A stretch of 64,000 nt of DNA from an uncultured Moraxella sp. (GCA_943908405.1 CALTTE010000003.1:2685-66684), one strand, 5' to 3'; positions 10,476-21,125 are shown, counted from the first letter of the stretch. The notes: generated by a model from the sequence alone, not told the origin. Numbers and translations are program-made.

Positions 10476-11750
10476 ATGGCAAATCGGCGGTATTTTTTAA
10501 AAACAGCGGGGCTTATGGTCGCAGGGGCGGGGCTGACAGCGTGCCAACAGCCCAATATGCAAGCAGATAAATTAGCCGACTCCGTTCAAACAGCCGATAA
10601 AACCCAAAATCCTAAGCACGCAGGGATGGATGCCAATACCAGTAAAAATTGTTTTGCTGATAGTAGGTATGCGTTTTTTGGAGAGCATCAAGCAGGGATT
10701 ACAACGCCTGTGCAACGTCATAATTATTTTTTGGTATTGGATTTGCACAGTCGTGATGTAAAGGCGATTGCTCAGATGTTCCAAGATTGGACGGTTTTTG
10801 CTCAACAACTAATGAACGGCAACAACATTAAGCCCTATGCCCCCAATAAGCAAGTACCACCGACTGATACCGGCGAAGCAGACAGCTTGGGGGCGTATGG
10901 CTTAACGCTAACTTTTGGTATTGCTCCAAGTTTTTTGACTAAATTGGGCTTGGATAATAAAAAGCCTGCTGAATTTGTGGATTTACCGCATTTTGCTAAA
11001 GACCAGATTCGTCCCGAGCTATCAGGCGGTGATATTTGTATACAGGCGTGCAGTGAAGATATGCAAGTGGCATTTCACGCTGTTCGGCAACTGGTGCGTC
11101 AATCACGAGGTGAGGTATCGCCAAGATGGTCGCAGGCAGGTTTTGTGTCTTTTGATACGGGCAGTCAGACCCCGCGTAATTTATTTGCTTTTAAAGATGG
11201 TACTGCCAATGAGCTGACTTTGGCACAGCCCAAGCAAAATCTGTGGATAACCGATAGCAATCCTGCTTGGCTACAAGGCGGAACGTATTTGGTGGTTAGG
11301 CTCATTCAAATGCACCTTGAGACGTGGGATAGAACATCACTTAAGGGACAAGAAGAAACCTTTGCTCGTCATCGCCATACAGGTGCACCACTCGGGTCGG
11401 ACGATGAATTTGATGTATTTAATCCACACGCCAAAACTGCTGATGGCAAAGCAATCATGCCAGAAGATGCTCACACAACCCTTGCCAATCAAACAGGACT
11501 GCATATTTTACGACGTTCTTATTCTTATAGCAGTGGTATTGACATTAAGACTGGGGCGTTCAATGCAGGGCTGTTGTTTATTTCTTTTCAAAAGTCCCCA
11601 ACACAATTTATTGCCATTCAAAATGCTTTGGGGCGTATGGATAAGATGAACGAGTACATTACCCATATTGGTAGCGGTTTGTTTGCGTGTTTTGGTGGGG
11701 TGAAAGAAGGTGAATATTTGGGACAGGCGTTATTTGAGGGTGCTGTTTAA
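10476..11750 (+). CDS. efeB: Dyp-type peroxidase / deferrochelatase EfeB, Tat-exported
   Basis: Twin-arginine NRRYFLK, HQAGITTP, RNLFAFKDGTAN, ILRRSYSY, EYITHIGSGLF. Confidence 0.93.
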   Translation: MANRRYFLKTAGLMVAGAGLTACQQPNMQADKLADSVQTADKTQNPKHAGMDANTSKNCFADSRYAFFGEHQAGITTPVQRHNYFLVLDLHSRDVKAIAQMFQDWTVFAQQLMNGNNIKPYAPNKQVPPTDTGEADSLGAYGLTLTFGIAPSFLTKLGLDNKKPAEFVDLPHFAKDQIRPELSGGDICIQACSEDMQVAFHAVRQLVRQSRGEVSPRWSQAGFVSFDTGSQTPRNLFAFKDGTANELTLAQPKQNLWITDSNPAWLQGGTYLVVRLIQMHLETWDRTSLKGQEETFARHRHTGAPLGSDDEFDVFNPHAKTADGKAIMPEDAHTTLANQTGLHILRRSYSYSSGIDIKTGAFNAGLLFISFQKSPTQFIAIQNALGRMDKMNEYITHIGSGLFACFGGVKEGEYLGQALFEGAV

Positions 11751-11849
11751 AAGCACTGATAAAACACCGATTAATAAAAGCACCGATCAACAGTAACAGT
11801 AAAGATGGCTTGTTTTTTGTCTAATCAATAAAATATTAAAAGGGGTAAA

Positions 11850-13745
11850 ATGATAACGATAAGACACATACGCCGATGGGGCTTGATTGGGCTAATCGGC
11901 GTCATTGTTATGCCAACAATAGCCCCAGTAGCCATTGCCCAAACCAGCTCATCGCCAGTTAGCAATACGACAATCAAGACTGATGGTGTTATACACGGCG
12001 ATGACAACCAAAGCAATGATGATAAATTAAATGTTGCATTCAAATCCACCATCAAATTTGCCCCACTATTTGTGCAACTGTCTGATGCAATGGCAAGTTT
12101 AAAAACTAATGACAGCGTCGCAAGCGTGCAATTATTGCAGGCCATTAAGATGGATTTGTTGGAGCAACAAGGGTATCATAAGTCCAATGACCCTGTTTTT
12201 AGTGCGGTAATCATAGCCCTTGACGAGGCGATTAGTACACCAACCCAAGCCAATTTATCGGCAGTGTCAAAACAATTATATCAATTAGAACAACAGCAAA
12301 ATCCTACCGATTATAATGCCCAAAGACAAAAATTTGCCCAAAAGGTAATGCCTGCATTTGAGCGGTTAAAAATTGCTTTTGATGCTGTTCAAGCCCGTAA
12401 CCGTCAGGCAACTACCAACCAAACCGGTGATGATTTGGCTCAATTACGCCAAGCCTACGCAAAATTTAATGCCATTTGGTCAGCCAATGAACGAGTAGTG
12501 CGTGTAACCAGTATGGGGCATTATGGGGCGATTGAAACGGCAATGGCGTTGATGCGAGTGGCGATGGAGCAATCCCCCGCTAACATAGAACAAATACAAG
12601 CACAAATGGTTGCTTTAGAACAATCATTGACTGGATTTGTGATGGGTGAGCAAGTGTTATTACAGACCCAGCAAGTAACGTTGTCTGATGGTATTGAGCT
12701 GTTAGAGCAAGGCTTGTTGGCTTTTTCTGCCAATGATGTTGGTACCGCTCAAACCAAATTAGGGCGATTTATTGCTATTTGGAGTGGCATTGAAGGCGAT
12801 GTCAGCACAAGAAATAAAGCCTTATACCAAATCATAGAATCGCAACTACCAGTCATTATGGCAACAGGGCAAGATGTTGCCAAACAAGAGCAGTTGCGTA
12901 ATATCATTAGGGATTTAAAGGCAATCAATGTTGTGGCAGATTACACCGCCTTTGATGCAATGGCAATTTTATTGCGTGAGGGTTTTGAGGCGTTATTGAT
13001 TATAATGGCATTATTATCGGCACTAACCGCTGCTGGACAATCAAAGGGTAAATACTTTGTGTATGCAGGGGTGGTAGCAGGATTGCTGGCTAGTATTTTT
13101 GGGGCATTGGCATTACAGCAATTTTTGCCAGCTTTGACCGCTGGGGCAAGCCGTGAGTTTTTAGAAGGGGTAGTTGGTCTTATTGCGGTTGTGATGATGA
13201 TGGGTGTTGGTGCGTGGTTACATAGCAAATCATCGGTGCGGGCGTGGAATGCCTTTGTTAAAAAACATATGGGACAGGTGCTTACAGGCGGTAGTTTGGC
13301 GGGGCTTTTTGGTTTGAGTTTTTTGTCGGTATTTCGTGAGGGGGCAGAAACTATTTTATTTTATGTGGGTATCTTGCCCAACATAACAATGACAAATTTT
13401 GTGCTTGGCATTGTGTTGGCATTGGTAATTTTGTCGGTCGTGGCGGTGATGTTACTTAAGACGTCATTAAAGTTGCCGATGGCTTTTTTATTTAAATGGT
13501 TAACTTTTTTGATTTATTTTTTGGGCTTTAAGATTTTGGGCGTGAGTATTGCCGCATTGCAACTAACCCAGCACTTGTCTCGCACGCCGATGAATATACA
13601 GCCATTGCCTTGGCTTGGTTTTTACCCCAGCATAGAAGGGTTTTTGGTGCAGCTGTTGTATGTATTGCTAGTGATAATGGTGCTTTTTTATAACACTTGG
13701 CGGCTTGGCAATAAGCATCATATTGATAAGCAAACAACCAAGTAG
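11850..13745 (+). CDS. efeU: FTR1-family iron permease EfeU/FepC with long N-terminal extracytoplasmic region
   Basis: Two RExxE motifs (LLREGFEA, VFREGAET) in a C-terminal multi-TM domain, preceded by a signal peptide and ~330 aa of helical soluble sequence. Confidence 0.9.
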   Translation: MITIRHIRRWGLIGLIGVIVMPTIAPVAIAQTSSSPVSNTTIKTDGVIHGDDNQSNDDKLNVAFKSTIKFAPLFVQLSDAMASLKTNDSVASVQLLQAIKMDLLEQQGYHKSNDPVFSAVIIALDEAISTPTQANLSAVSKQLYQLEQQQNPTDYNAQRQKFAQKVMPAFERLKIAFDAVQARNRQATTNQTGDDLAQLRQAYAKFNAIWSANERVVRVTSMGHYGAIETAMALMRVAMEQSPANIEQIQAQMVALEQSLTGFVMGEQVLLQTQQVTLSDGIELLEQGLLAFSANDVGTAQTKLGRFIAIWSGIEGDVSTRNKALYQIIESQLPVIMATGQDVAKQEQLRNIIRDLKAINVVADYTAFDAMAILLREGFEALLIIMALLSALTAAGQSKGKYFVYAGVVAGLLASIFGALALQQFLPALTAGASREFLEGVVGLIAVVMMMGVGAWLHSKSSVRAWNAFVKKHMGQVLTGGSLAGLFGLSFLSVFREGAETILFYVGILPNITMTNFVLGIVLALVILSVVAVMLLKTSLKLPMAFLFKWLTFLIYFLGFKILGVSIAALQLTQHLSRTPMNIQPLPWLGFYPSIEGFLVQLLYVLLVIMVLFYNTWRLGNKHHIDKQTTK

Positions 13746-13880
13746 CTAGGTAATCAACAACTAATATAGCTTAAAGCTATTTAGACATAATGTTTGGATA
13801 TTTGTGGCAATATTTTAAGTGGCAATATTTCAATGATTAGGTGGTCTAATTTGCAAAGTTTGCTTGTGATTTTTAGTGAT

Positions 13881-13907
13881 AAAAAACGTCTCATAATGAG
13901 ACGTTTT
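13881..13907 (-). terminator. Terminator after rpmJ (possibly bidirectional with efeU)
   Basis: AAAACGTCTCA-TAA-TGAGACGTTTT hairpin with A/T tracts. Confidence 0.75.
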
Positions 13908-13909
13908 GT

Positions 13910-14050
13910 TTATTTTCTTTTTTTACCGCCTTGAACGGCTTTAAAGCGAGGGTTTGATTTGCAGATAACAAAGGTGCGACCACGGCGACGAACCACTTGG
14001 CAATCTTTGTGGCGAAGTTTGGCGGATTTTAATGAGCTTAAGACTTGCAT
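13910..14050 (-). CDS. rpmJ: 50S ribosomal protein L36, type B (YkgO-like)
   Basis: Translated by hand: [54 protein letters not shown]; too short for the ORF track. Confidence 0.95.
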   Translation of the reverse strand: MQVLSSLKSAKLRHKDCQVVRRRGRTFVICKSNPRFKAVQGGKKRK

Positions 14051-14117
14051 AATAGTTCCTTGTTGATAATTAAACGCCTATCATACAATAAAATGAATCA
14101 AAATAAAAGCCTTTTAT

Positions 14118-14145
14118 AAAAAATACGCCAAAAAAGGCGTATTTT
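14118..14145 (-). terminator. Terminator after the DUF475 gene
   Basis: AAAATACGCC-N6-GGCGTATTTT with a T-tract on the minus strand. Confidence 0.75.
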
Positions 14146-14161
14146 ATGTGGTATGATGGGA

Positions 14162-15211
14162 TTATTTTTGTTTATTTTTGTTGTATTGGATAGAGGCAAT
14201 CAACGCCCCGATAATAAAGGCAATGCCAATTAGCCCTGTGATGATTTCAGGAATATGATATTTCATTGACAGTAGCATAATTACCGCCAACGCCCCAATG
14301 GCATAATGAGCACCGTGTTCTAAATACACAAACTCATCAAGCGTGCCTTTTTCTACCAAAAATATCGTCATTGACCGCACAAACATCGCCCCAATGGCAA
14401 GCCCAAGCATAATAATGACGACATCGCTTGTGATGGCAAATGCCCCAATCACCCCATCAAAACTAAAAGAGGCATCTAGCACTTCCAAATACAAAAACCC
14501 TGCCATACCGCCTTTGGCAATGGCGTTTAGGGGCTTGCCGTCAGCGTCAAACATCTCATTACCCCCATTGCCTTCTAGCATACTAGACAGTACATTAACA
14601 CCCAAATACACCAAAATGCCAAAAAATCCTGCCATCAATACCGCTGGTTCGTGGGCTTCATCTACCCAAGATAGCGACAAAAGTAGCGTTAGCATTGCCA
14701 CAAAAACGCTCATTGCGTCCACCTTGCCAAGGCGTGCCAAGCGACTTTCTAGCCAGTGAAACCAATGAATGTCTTTTTCATCAAACACAAAATTCAAAAA
14801 TACCAACAGCAAGAACATTCCCCCAAAGGCGGCAATTTCGGCGTGGTGGGCAAGTAGTTTGTTGGAGTATTCTTCAGGATTATTAAGGGCCAATTGTACC
14901 ACCTCGCCCATACCCATATCGGCGGTAACGGCGACAATAACAATGGGGAAAACAAGACGCATACCAAAGACGGCAATGAGCATACCCAAGGTTAAAAAGA
15001 TGGTTTTCCAAAATTTGTCCCAGTGCTTGAGTACCGAGGCATTGACCACGGCGTTGTCAAATGACAGTGAAATTTCCATCAATGCCAGCACAAGACAAAT
15101 AAACAATGCCGATAGCATTGCACCAATACCGCCGTGGCTAAAGCCCCAATAAGCGGAGACCCCTAAGGCAATTAGGGTAAAAATAATATCAAATTTAAAG
15201 TGTTTTATCAT
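14162..15211 (-). CDS. DUF475 (TerC-related) integral membrane protein
   Basis: EISLSFDNAVVNA, GMLIAVFGMRLVFP, YLEVLDASFSFDGVIGAFA, YLEHGAHYAIG. Confidence 0.9.
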   Translation of the reverse strand: MIKHFKFDIIFTLIALGVSAYWGFSHGGIGAMLSALFICLVLALMEISLSFDNAVVNASVLKHWDKFWKTIFLTLGMLIAVFGMRLVFPIVIVAVTADMGMGEVVQLALNNPEEYSNKLLAHHAEIAAFGGMFLLLVFLNFVFDEKDIHWFHWLESRLARLGKVDAMSVFVAMLTLLLSLSWVDEAHEPAVLMAGFFGILVYLGVNVLSSMLEGNGGNEMFDADGKPLNAIAKGGMAGFLYLEVLDASFSFDGVIGAFAITSDVVIIMLGLAIGAMFVRSMTIFLVEKGTLDEFVYLEHGAHYAIGALAVIMLLSMKYHIPEIITGLIGIAFIIGALIASIQYNKNKQK

Positions 15212-15308
15212 AAGGTAAATTTATTAAAATAGTAAGCCAAAACGGATTATATTAACGGATTACCATCAAAAAATCCAGCCATTACTCATCGCTTTTGTTG
15301 GCTTTGGG

Positions 15309-15680
<372 letters not shown>

Positions 15681-15894
15681 TTAATTATAAGTTAATCATC
15701 AATCATTTGATATCAAGTAGCTTAATGTTAAAAATAATCAATGTTAACACTAACCGCCAATGATTGAGTGCCAGTAAGCGTAATGCGATAATCAGCACAA
15801 GGATAAAAAACAATTACACAAACAGTGATTGCACCAAGTAACAAGTAACAAGCGGTATTAAGCGGTAATCAACAAACAGTAATTAACAAAAAAA

Positions 15895-16485
<591 letters not shown>

Positions 16486-17313
16486 TTATTCGTTGGGTAG
16501 TTGCTCGCTTTGGTCTGTTGTTTGTGGTGATTTGACATTTGCCAAATGGGATAAAAACGCCTGATGGCGTGGGCTACCATCGCTGTCGGTGAGTGTGGCA
16601 AGATAGGCTAAGGTGTCTTGTTCAATGGCGTTGGCGTCTTGCTCGTTTAGTTGTCCATACAATAATTGCCAACGCAAATAAATCAGCCACGTATTAACCA
16701 CATCGCTTTCGCAATAACGGCATAAATCTGCCCAATGGTTGTTTTGTACCATTGGCAATACTTGATTGCCATCAACGCCCCCTTTGCCAGCAAAGCCACA
16801 AAGGCTGGCAATCACGTCTAATTTTTGGCTGTTGCCAAAACTGCCTATTTTCATTTTGTCCATCAAGTCAATATGGGCAGTGCTGTAGCGGTTTAGGTAG
16901 CCGTTTTTGTGGTCATTGAAAAGATGGGGGGCGGACAGTCGGTGGTGCAAACTACGATACGCCAAAACAGGTATATCAAAGCCTGCCCCGTTCCACGATA
17001 CCAAAATGGGCTTTTTGTCAATGGCTTTTAAAAAGGTCTCTAAAATCGTCTGTTCGTCCATCTCATTAAGCGATAGCGACCTAAGTTTAAATTGTCGTTT
17101 GTCAAGATTTACCCAAAGCACCGACAAACAAACAATCTTATGTAAAGGATATTGCATAAAACTCTTACCTGTCTCGGCTTCACGCAAGGCAATCAAGGCG
17201 GTCATTGCGTCATCATCAGACAAGGTGTCAAGCTCTGGATACAGCTGTTTGGCGGTGGTCAAATCTGGTATGGTCTCAATATCAAAAACCAAAATGGGGG
17301 TGTTAAAGTTCAT
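16486..17313 (-). CDS. 3'-5' exonuclease (PolB exonuclease-like, DEDDy)
   Basis: ExoI VFDIET, ExoII SWNGAGFDIP, ExoIII YCESDV. Confidence 0.88.
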   Translation of the reverse strand: MNFNTPILVFDIETIPDLTTAKQLYPELDTLSDDDAMTALIALREAETGKSFMQYPLHKIVCLSVLWVNLDKRQFKLRSLSLNEMDEQTILETFLKAIDKKPILVSWNGAGFDIPVLAYRSLHHRLSAPHLFNDHKNGYLNRYSTAHIDLMDKMKIGSFGNSQKLDVIASLCGFAGKGGVDGNQVLPMVQNNHWADLCRYCESDVVNTWLIYLRWQLLYGQLNEQDANAIEQDTLAYLATLTDSDGSPRHQAFLSHLANVKSPQTTDQSEQLPNE

Positions 17314-17354
17314 CAATTTTCCTAAATAACTTTCCTAAAAATCGGTTTATTATA

Positions 17355-20300
17355 TCAGTTTAAATACCGCTCCAATACCGCCTTTTTGCGGTCGGTCGCC
17401 TTATTCATTATTGCTTGGGCGGTTTGGATTTGGTTTTCTAGGGTTTCAATTTGGGCGATGATTTGGGTTTGAATTTCTGTAGAAAAAATCGGAACGGTCA
17501 TATTCAATAAGTTTTTTTGTGTTAATTGATTGATTGAAACGGTTGCTGTAAGCTGTTCAACTTGTCTTAAAAACAAATTGCTTTGCATACATAAATGTAG
17601 CCATTTGCCAATATCACTTCTACAAATCGCCATAAAAGCACCAAAAGTCATCGGCTCTTTGAGTTTTGAAATGTAGGCGGATTTTCCCAACAGATTTTTA
17701 CTGCCATTTCTAACGCAAACTAAAACATCGCCTTCTTGTACAAATAACTTTTCGGGTATGTTGCAATTAACTCTTACTTGGTCTTTAAAGTCTAAAGCAT
17801 TGTTTTGAATATTTGATGAACGTAGCACAAGCACGCCATCATTGCAAATATGTTCTGGTTTATAAGTTAGCCCTATATAAGAATGACACAACTCCCCAAT
17901 CTTAACCAGACGCCCCCTCCCCTGTAAATACAACACTTCCAAGTCGTCAAAGATTTGGGCGATTTTTTGGCGGTAGGTTTCTATTGCCATTCGGCTGTTT
18001 TCATATTCTTGGTCAATTTGTTCGCATTCATTGACGATTTGTTGTTGGATTGGTAGCGGTGGTAGGGGGATTTTGATATTGGATAAAGTAGCTAGGTTAA
18101 TATGTTTAACACCTGAATTGTTGGTTAGATTGGATAAGTCAATGTTTGAAGTTTGAAAGTAGTAAGCAAAAAATTCGGGGGAAATTAATTCGCCTAATAC
18201 TAAAGATTTAATTTGTTGATTTGTGGTTAAGGGTATTCTATTTATACCAATTTTACCTAGAGTTGCAGTGCAAGACAACAAAACGCTATTAACAGGAATA
18301 AGTTTAATTTTTTTATCATTTAAGGCTTTGTTGGATATAAATTGACTAGCGGTATTGATATTTATGTTATTTTCTTTAAAGTCTGGAGTTGTAAACCATA
18401 AAATATCATTAGAGTTCCAGTATTCTTTTATAGATTTAGATGGGGTTTTTCCTTCTATAATATCAAGGCATAAATCACCTATTTTTACTAATGGATATTT
18501 ACTCTCAATCTCCACTTTCTTTTGCAGGCTGGTTTTAATGGCTTTATTAAATGTCGCCAAATCAAAACTTAGCATATCGCTACTGTTTAGCACATAGGCA
18601 TAGTTTTGTAAATGCTCGCTGATTGGTGGGTTTTGGTCGGTAAACATTTGGCGGATATGGCTTGCCAGCGTGTTATCGGCAAAGCGGTCGGCGTGATGAT
18701 ATAGCAGTCCGCCAGCATTGATGATTTGAATGCCTTCATTACCCTTGCGGTTGCTCCAGTCATAGCCCAAAAAGTGCTTTTGCCCTGCATTGTCGCTTGG
18801 GGCGTTGATAATCAGTGTTTTTTGGGCATAAGTTAGGGCAAAAAATTGCAATTTTTCTTGTTCTTGTGCTGTAAATTTTTCCCAAAATTTGAGTAAACGT
18901 TGGGCGTTTTGCTCATCAATGGGCAGTTTGGCATCGGCTTTGTTGAGTGTGATTTTGCTTAAAATATAGTCTCGTTGTAAGGCGATGTATTCGTCATCTA
19001 TGGCGTTTAGCTCATCAAAGGTCAAGGTCTTTAGACGCAAGCGGTCATAAAGCTCCTTTGGGGTGCCTATCGTTTGCAAATAACGCTCGTAAATTACGCT
19101 ATCGCCCCAAGCGGTCAAATCATTGTTTGTAAAAATAGCCGTGGCGGTATCTTTGGCTTGCCCAAGCCTTGTCGGTGGGTATTTAAACTTTTCTAAAAAC
19201 AAAATCACGGTATTGGTGCCTGTCGCCCCAAAGGTTTTACTGCCCAAATTGACAATGGCACGAAAATAAAAATGCTGAAGTAGTAGCGTGCGTGCCGATG
19301 TGTAGCTGGTGCTGTCATTGCTTAAAATACTGGACGGCAAAATGACCGCCGCTATTGCTTCGGATTTTAACAGCTGTTTGATGCGTTCACAAAACAAGAC
19401 TTCAATCTCGCCGCTGTCGTTTGAGATGTGGTCTAAAAGGGCAAAATCGTTGTTTTTTAAGCCCAAATGCGATTTGAATTTTTTGACCGAATACGGCGGA
19501 TTGGCAACCAAAATATCAAATTGTTCATTGCTGATGTGTTCGTGATTGTCCAGTCCGTCGCCAAAAACAATGTTGCTTTTGCCTGCCCCATTCATAAACA
19601 TAGACACCTTTGAGACACGAGCCAAACGGTAATCTTTTTCTATGCCAAAAATACTCTGTGCCGTCCAGTCGTTGTTATCGCTTGGCTTGTGGGCGTTAAT
19701 CGCTTCCACCGCCTCGGTCAAAAAATGTCCAGAACCGCAAGCATAATCAATCACTTTGGGGTAGTCGTCATTGCGGTCAAAAAAGCCTTGTATGGGTAAA
19801 CTGTCCCAAATAAAGCGAGTGATTGGCTGTGGGGTAAAAAATTGCCCTTCGTTTTGTTTAAAGCCTTTGTTTAATAATTGTTCAAACAAATCACCCAAAA
19901 ACTGGTCTTTGTTGTTATAAACAATTTTGTATTTTTCAAATAATTGCACCATTTCTACCAAAATTTTGCCATTTTGCAAAAACAATTCACGGTTATGAAT
20001 TTCTTTAAAGGCAAAATCACCGTTGGTATAAAATTTGAGTTTTTTAATGGTGTCTTTTAATTCGTCAATGGCGTTTTTTCTGTCGCCGCCTTGATAGCGA
20101 GCAAAGACATCATCGGCAAAATCGTCCGCCACATAAAAAATCTCCTCGCCCATAAATTTGTCCATACCGTCTTTGTACAATCGTTGTAGGCGGTCTTGCA
20201 GACTTTCGTAGCTGTCTTGAGTGGTCTTGTATTGAAAGGCAACCTCATTGTCTTGGTCTTTGTCGGATTCGTCCACCAATTTACAAATAAACAAGGCAAT

Positions 20301-21125
20301 CAAGCGGTTAAAGGCGTTTTCTTTGTCGGATACGGCGTTGTGGCGTAAAATCTCTTCAAATTGATTGATGAGCTTGTCGTCAGGATTAAAAGGAATTAAG
20401 TCTTTGATACGCAAAGGCTTAACGCCAATGTGATAAGCGGTGCTGTCCTCCCCAAAAATCAAGCCATTGTATAAATGCGTGCCATAAGTATCCACCCAAA
20501 CTTTGTGCAGTGCTGATACATTGGTGGCGTTTTGATACAAGGCAATGCTTGGGTCGGTTTGGGCAACTTCCTTGGTGTTTTCGTCATCTTGGCAAAAAAT
20601 AATGTCGTCTTTATAAATGACCTTGCTTTGCTCTGAGCTTGTATCTATGTTGGAGGCATAAAGTGATAACCATTGGGTGTTGCGGTCTTGTTGCCAATAA
20701 CTGAATAATTGTCCGCCGTCAGTCTTTAAGGTGTCCAGTGCCGTTTTGTAGGCTTTGCCATAGGTTTTGCATTCAATGATAAGCAAAATATTTTTGTCAT
20801 CGTCCTTATAAACGCAAATATCCGCCCGCCCGCTTTTTTGGCTATGCCCCAGTTGCCAGCGTTTTTCAAGTTCAATATGTTGGGGTGAATACCCCTTTTG
20901 TAACAAACGATGCACGCATTCAAATACCACAAAATTTTCATTATCCGAAAAATTACAGGTTTGCCGTTCATTGACAATCAGCCCTTCATCTTCTGGGTAA
21001 ATCAGTAATTGCTTATCAAAATCTACTTGTAGTGTCGCCTTGCCAATGGTTTTTGACCAAAGATTGTTGTTTTGGCTAAAGTTTAATAGTGTTAATAAGG
21101 TGGGTAGGTTGTCTTTGGTAATCAT
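17355..21125 (-). CDS. Single-polypeptide restriction-modification enzyme (Type IIG/IIC-like: nuclease + N6-adenine methyltransferase + two TRDs)
   Basis: N-terminal PD-(D/E)xK nuclease (RADICV...IIECKT); MTase motifs GQFFTP, DYACGSGHF, NPPY; two HsdS-like TRDs followed by IKIPLPPLPIQQQIV and VPIFSTEIQTQII helices. The N-terminus recalls Campylobacter jejuni Cj1051c (from memory, not searched). Confidence 0.9.
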   Translation of the reverse strand: MITKDNLPTLLTLLNFSQNNNLWSKTIGKATLQVDFDKQLLIYPEDEGLIVNERQTCNFSDNENFVVFECVHRLLQKGYSPQHIELEKRWQLGHSQKSGRADICVYKDDDKNILLIIECKTYGKAYKTALDTLKTDGGQLFSYWQQDRNTQWLSLYASNIDTSSEQSKVIYKDDIIFCQDDENTKEVAQTDPSIALYQNATNVSALHKVWVDTYGTHLYNGLIFGEDSTAYHIGVKPLRIKDLIPFNPDDKLINQFEEILRHNAVSDKENAFNRLIALFICKLVDESDKDQDNEVAFQYKTTQDSYESLQDRLQRLYKDGMDKFMGEEIFYVADDFADDVFARYQGGDRKNAIDELKDTIKKLKFYTNGDFAFKEIHNRELFLQNGKILVEMVQLFEKYKIVYNNKDQFLGDLFEQLLNKGFKQNEGQFFTPQPITRFIWDSLPIQGFFDRNDDYPKVIDYACGSGHFLTEAVEAINAHKPSDNNDWTAQSIFGIEKDYRLARVSKVSMFMNGAGKSNIVFGDGLDNHEHISNEQFDILVANPPYSVKKFKSHLGLKNNDFALLDHISNDSGEIEVLFCERIKQLLKSEAIAAVILPSSILSNDSTSYTSARTLLLQHFYFRAIVNLGSKTFGATGTNTVILFLEKFKYPPTRLGQAKDTATAIFTNNDLTAWGDSVIYERYLQTIGTPKELYDRLRLKTLTFDELNAIDDEYIALQRDYILSKITLNKADAKLPIDEQNAQRLLKFWEKFTAQEQEKLQFFALTYAQKTLIINAPSDNAGQKHFLGYDWSNRKGNEGIQIINAGGLLYHHADRFADNTLASHIRQMFTDQNPPISEHLQNYAYVLNSSDMLSFDLATFNKAIKTSLQKKVEIESKYPLVKIGDLCLDIIEGKTPSKSIKEYWNSNDILWFTTPDFKENNININTASQFISNKALNDKKIKLIPVNSVLLSCTATLGKIGINRIPLTTNQQIKSLVLGELISPEFFAYYFQTSNIDLSNLTNNSGVKHINLATLSNIKIPLPPLPIQQQIVNECEQIDQEYENSRMAIETYRQKIAQIFDDLEVLYLQGRGRLVKIGELCHSYIGLTYKPEHICNDGVLVLRSSNIQNNALDFKDQVRVNCNIPEKLFVQEGDVLVCVRNGSKNLLGKSAYISKLKEPMTFGAFMAICRSDIGKWLHLCMQSNLFLRQVEQLTATVSINQLTQKNLLNMTVPIFSTEIQTQIIAQIETLENQIQTAQAIMNKATDRKKAVLERYLN

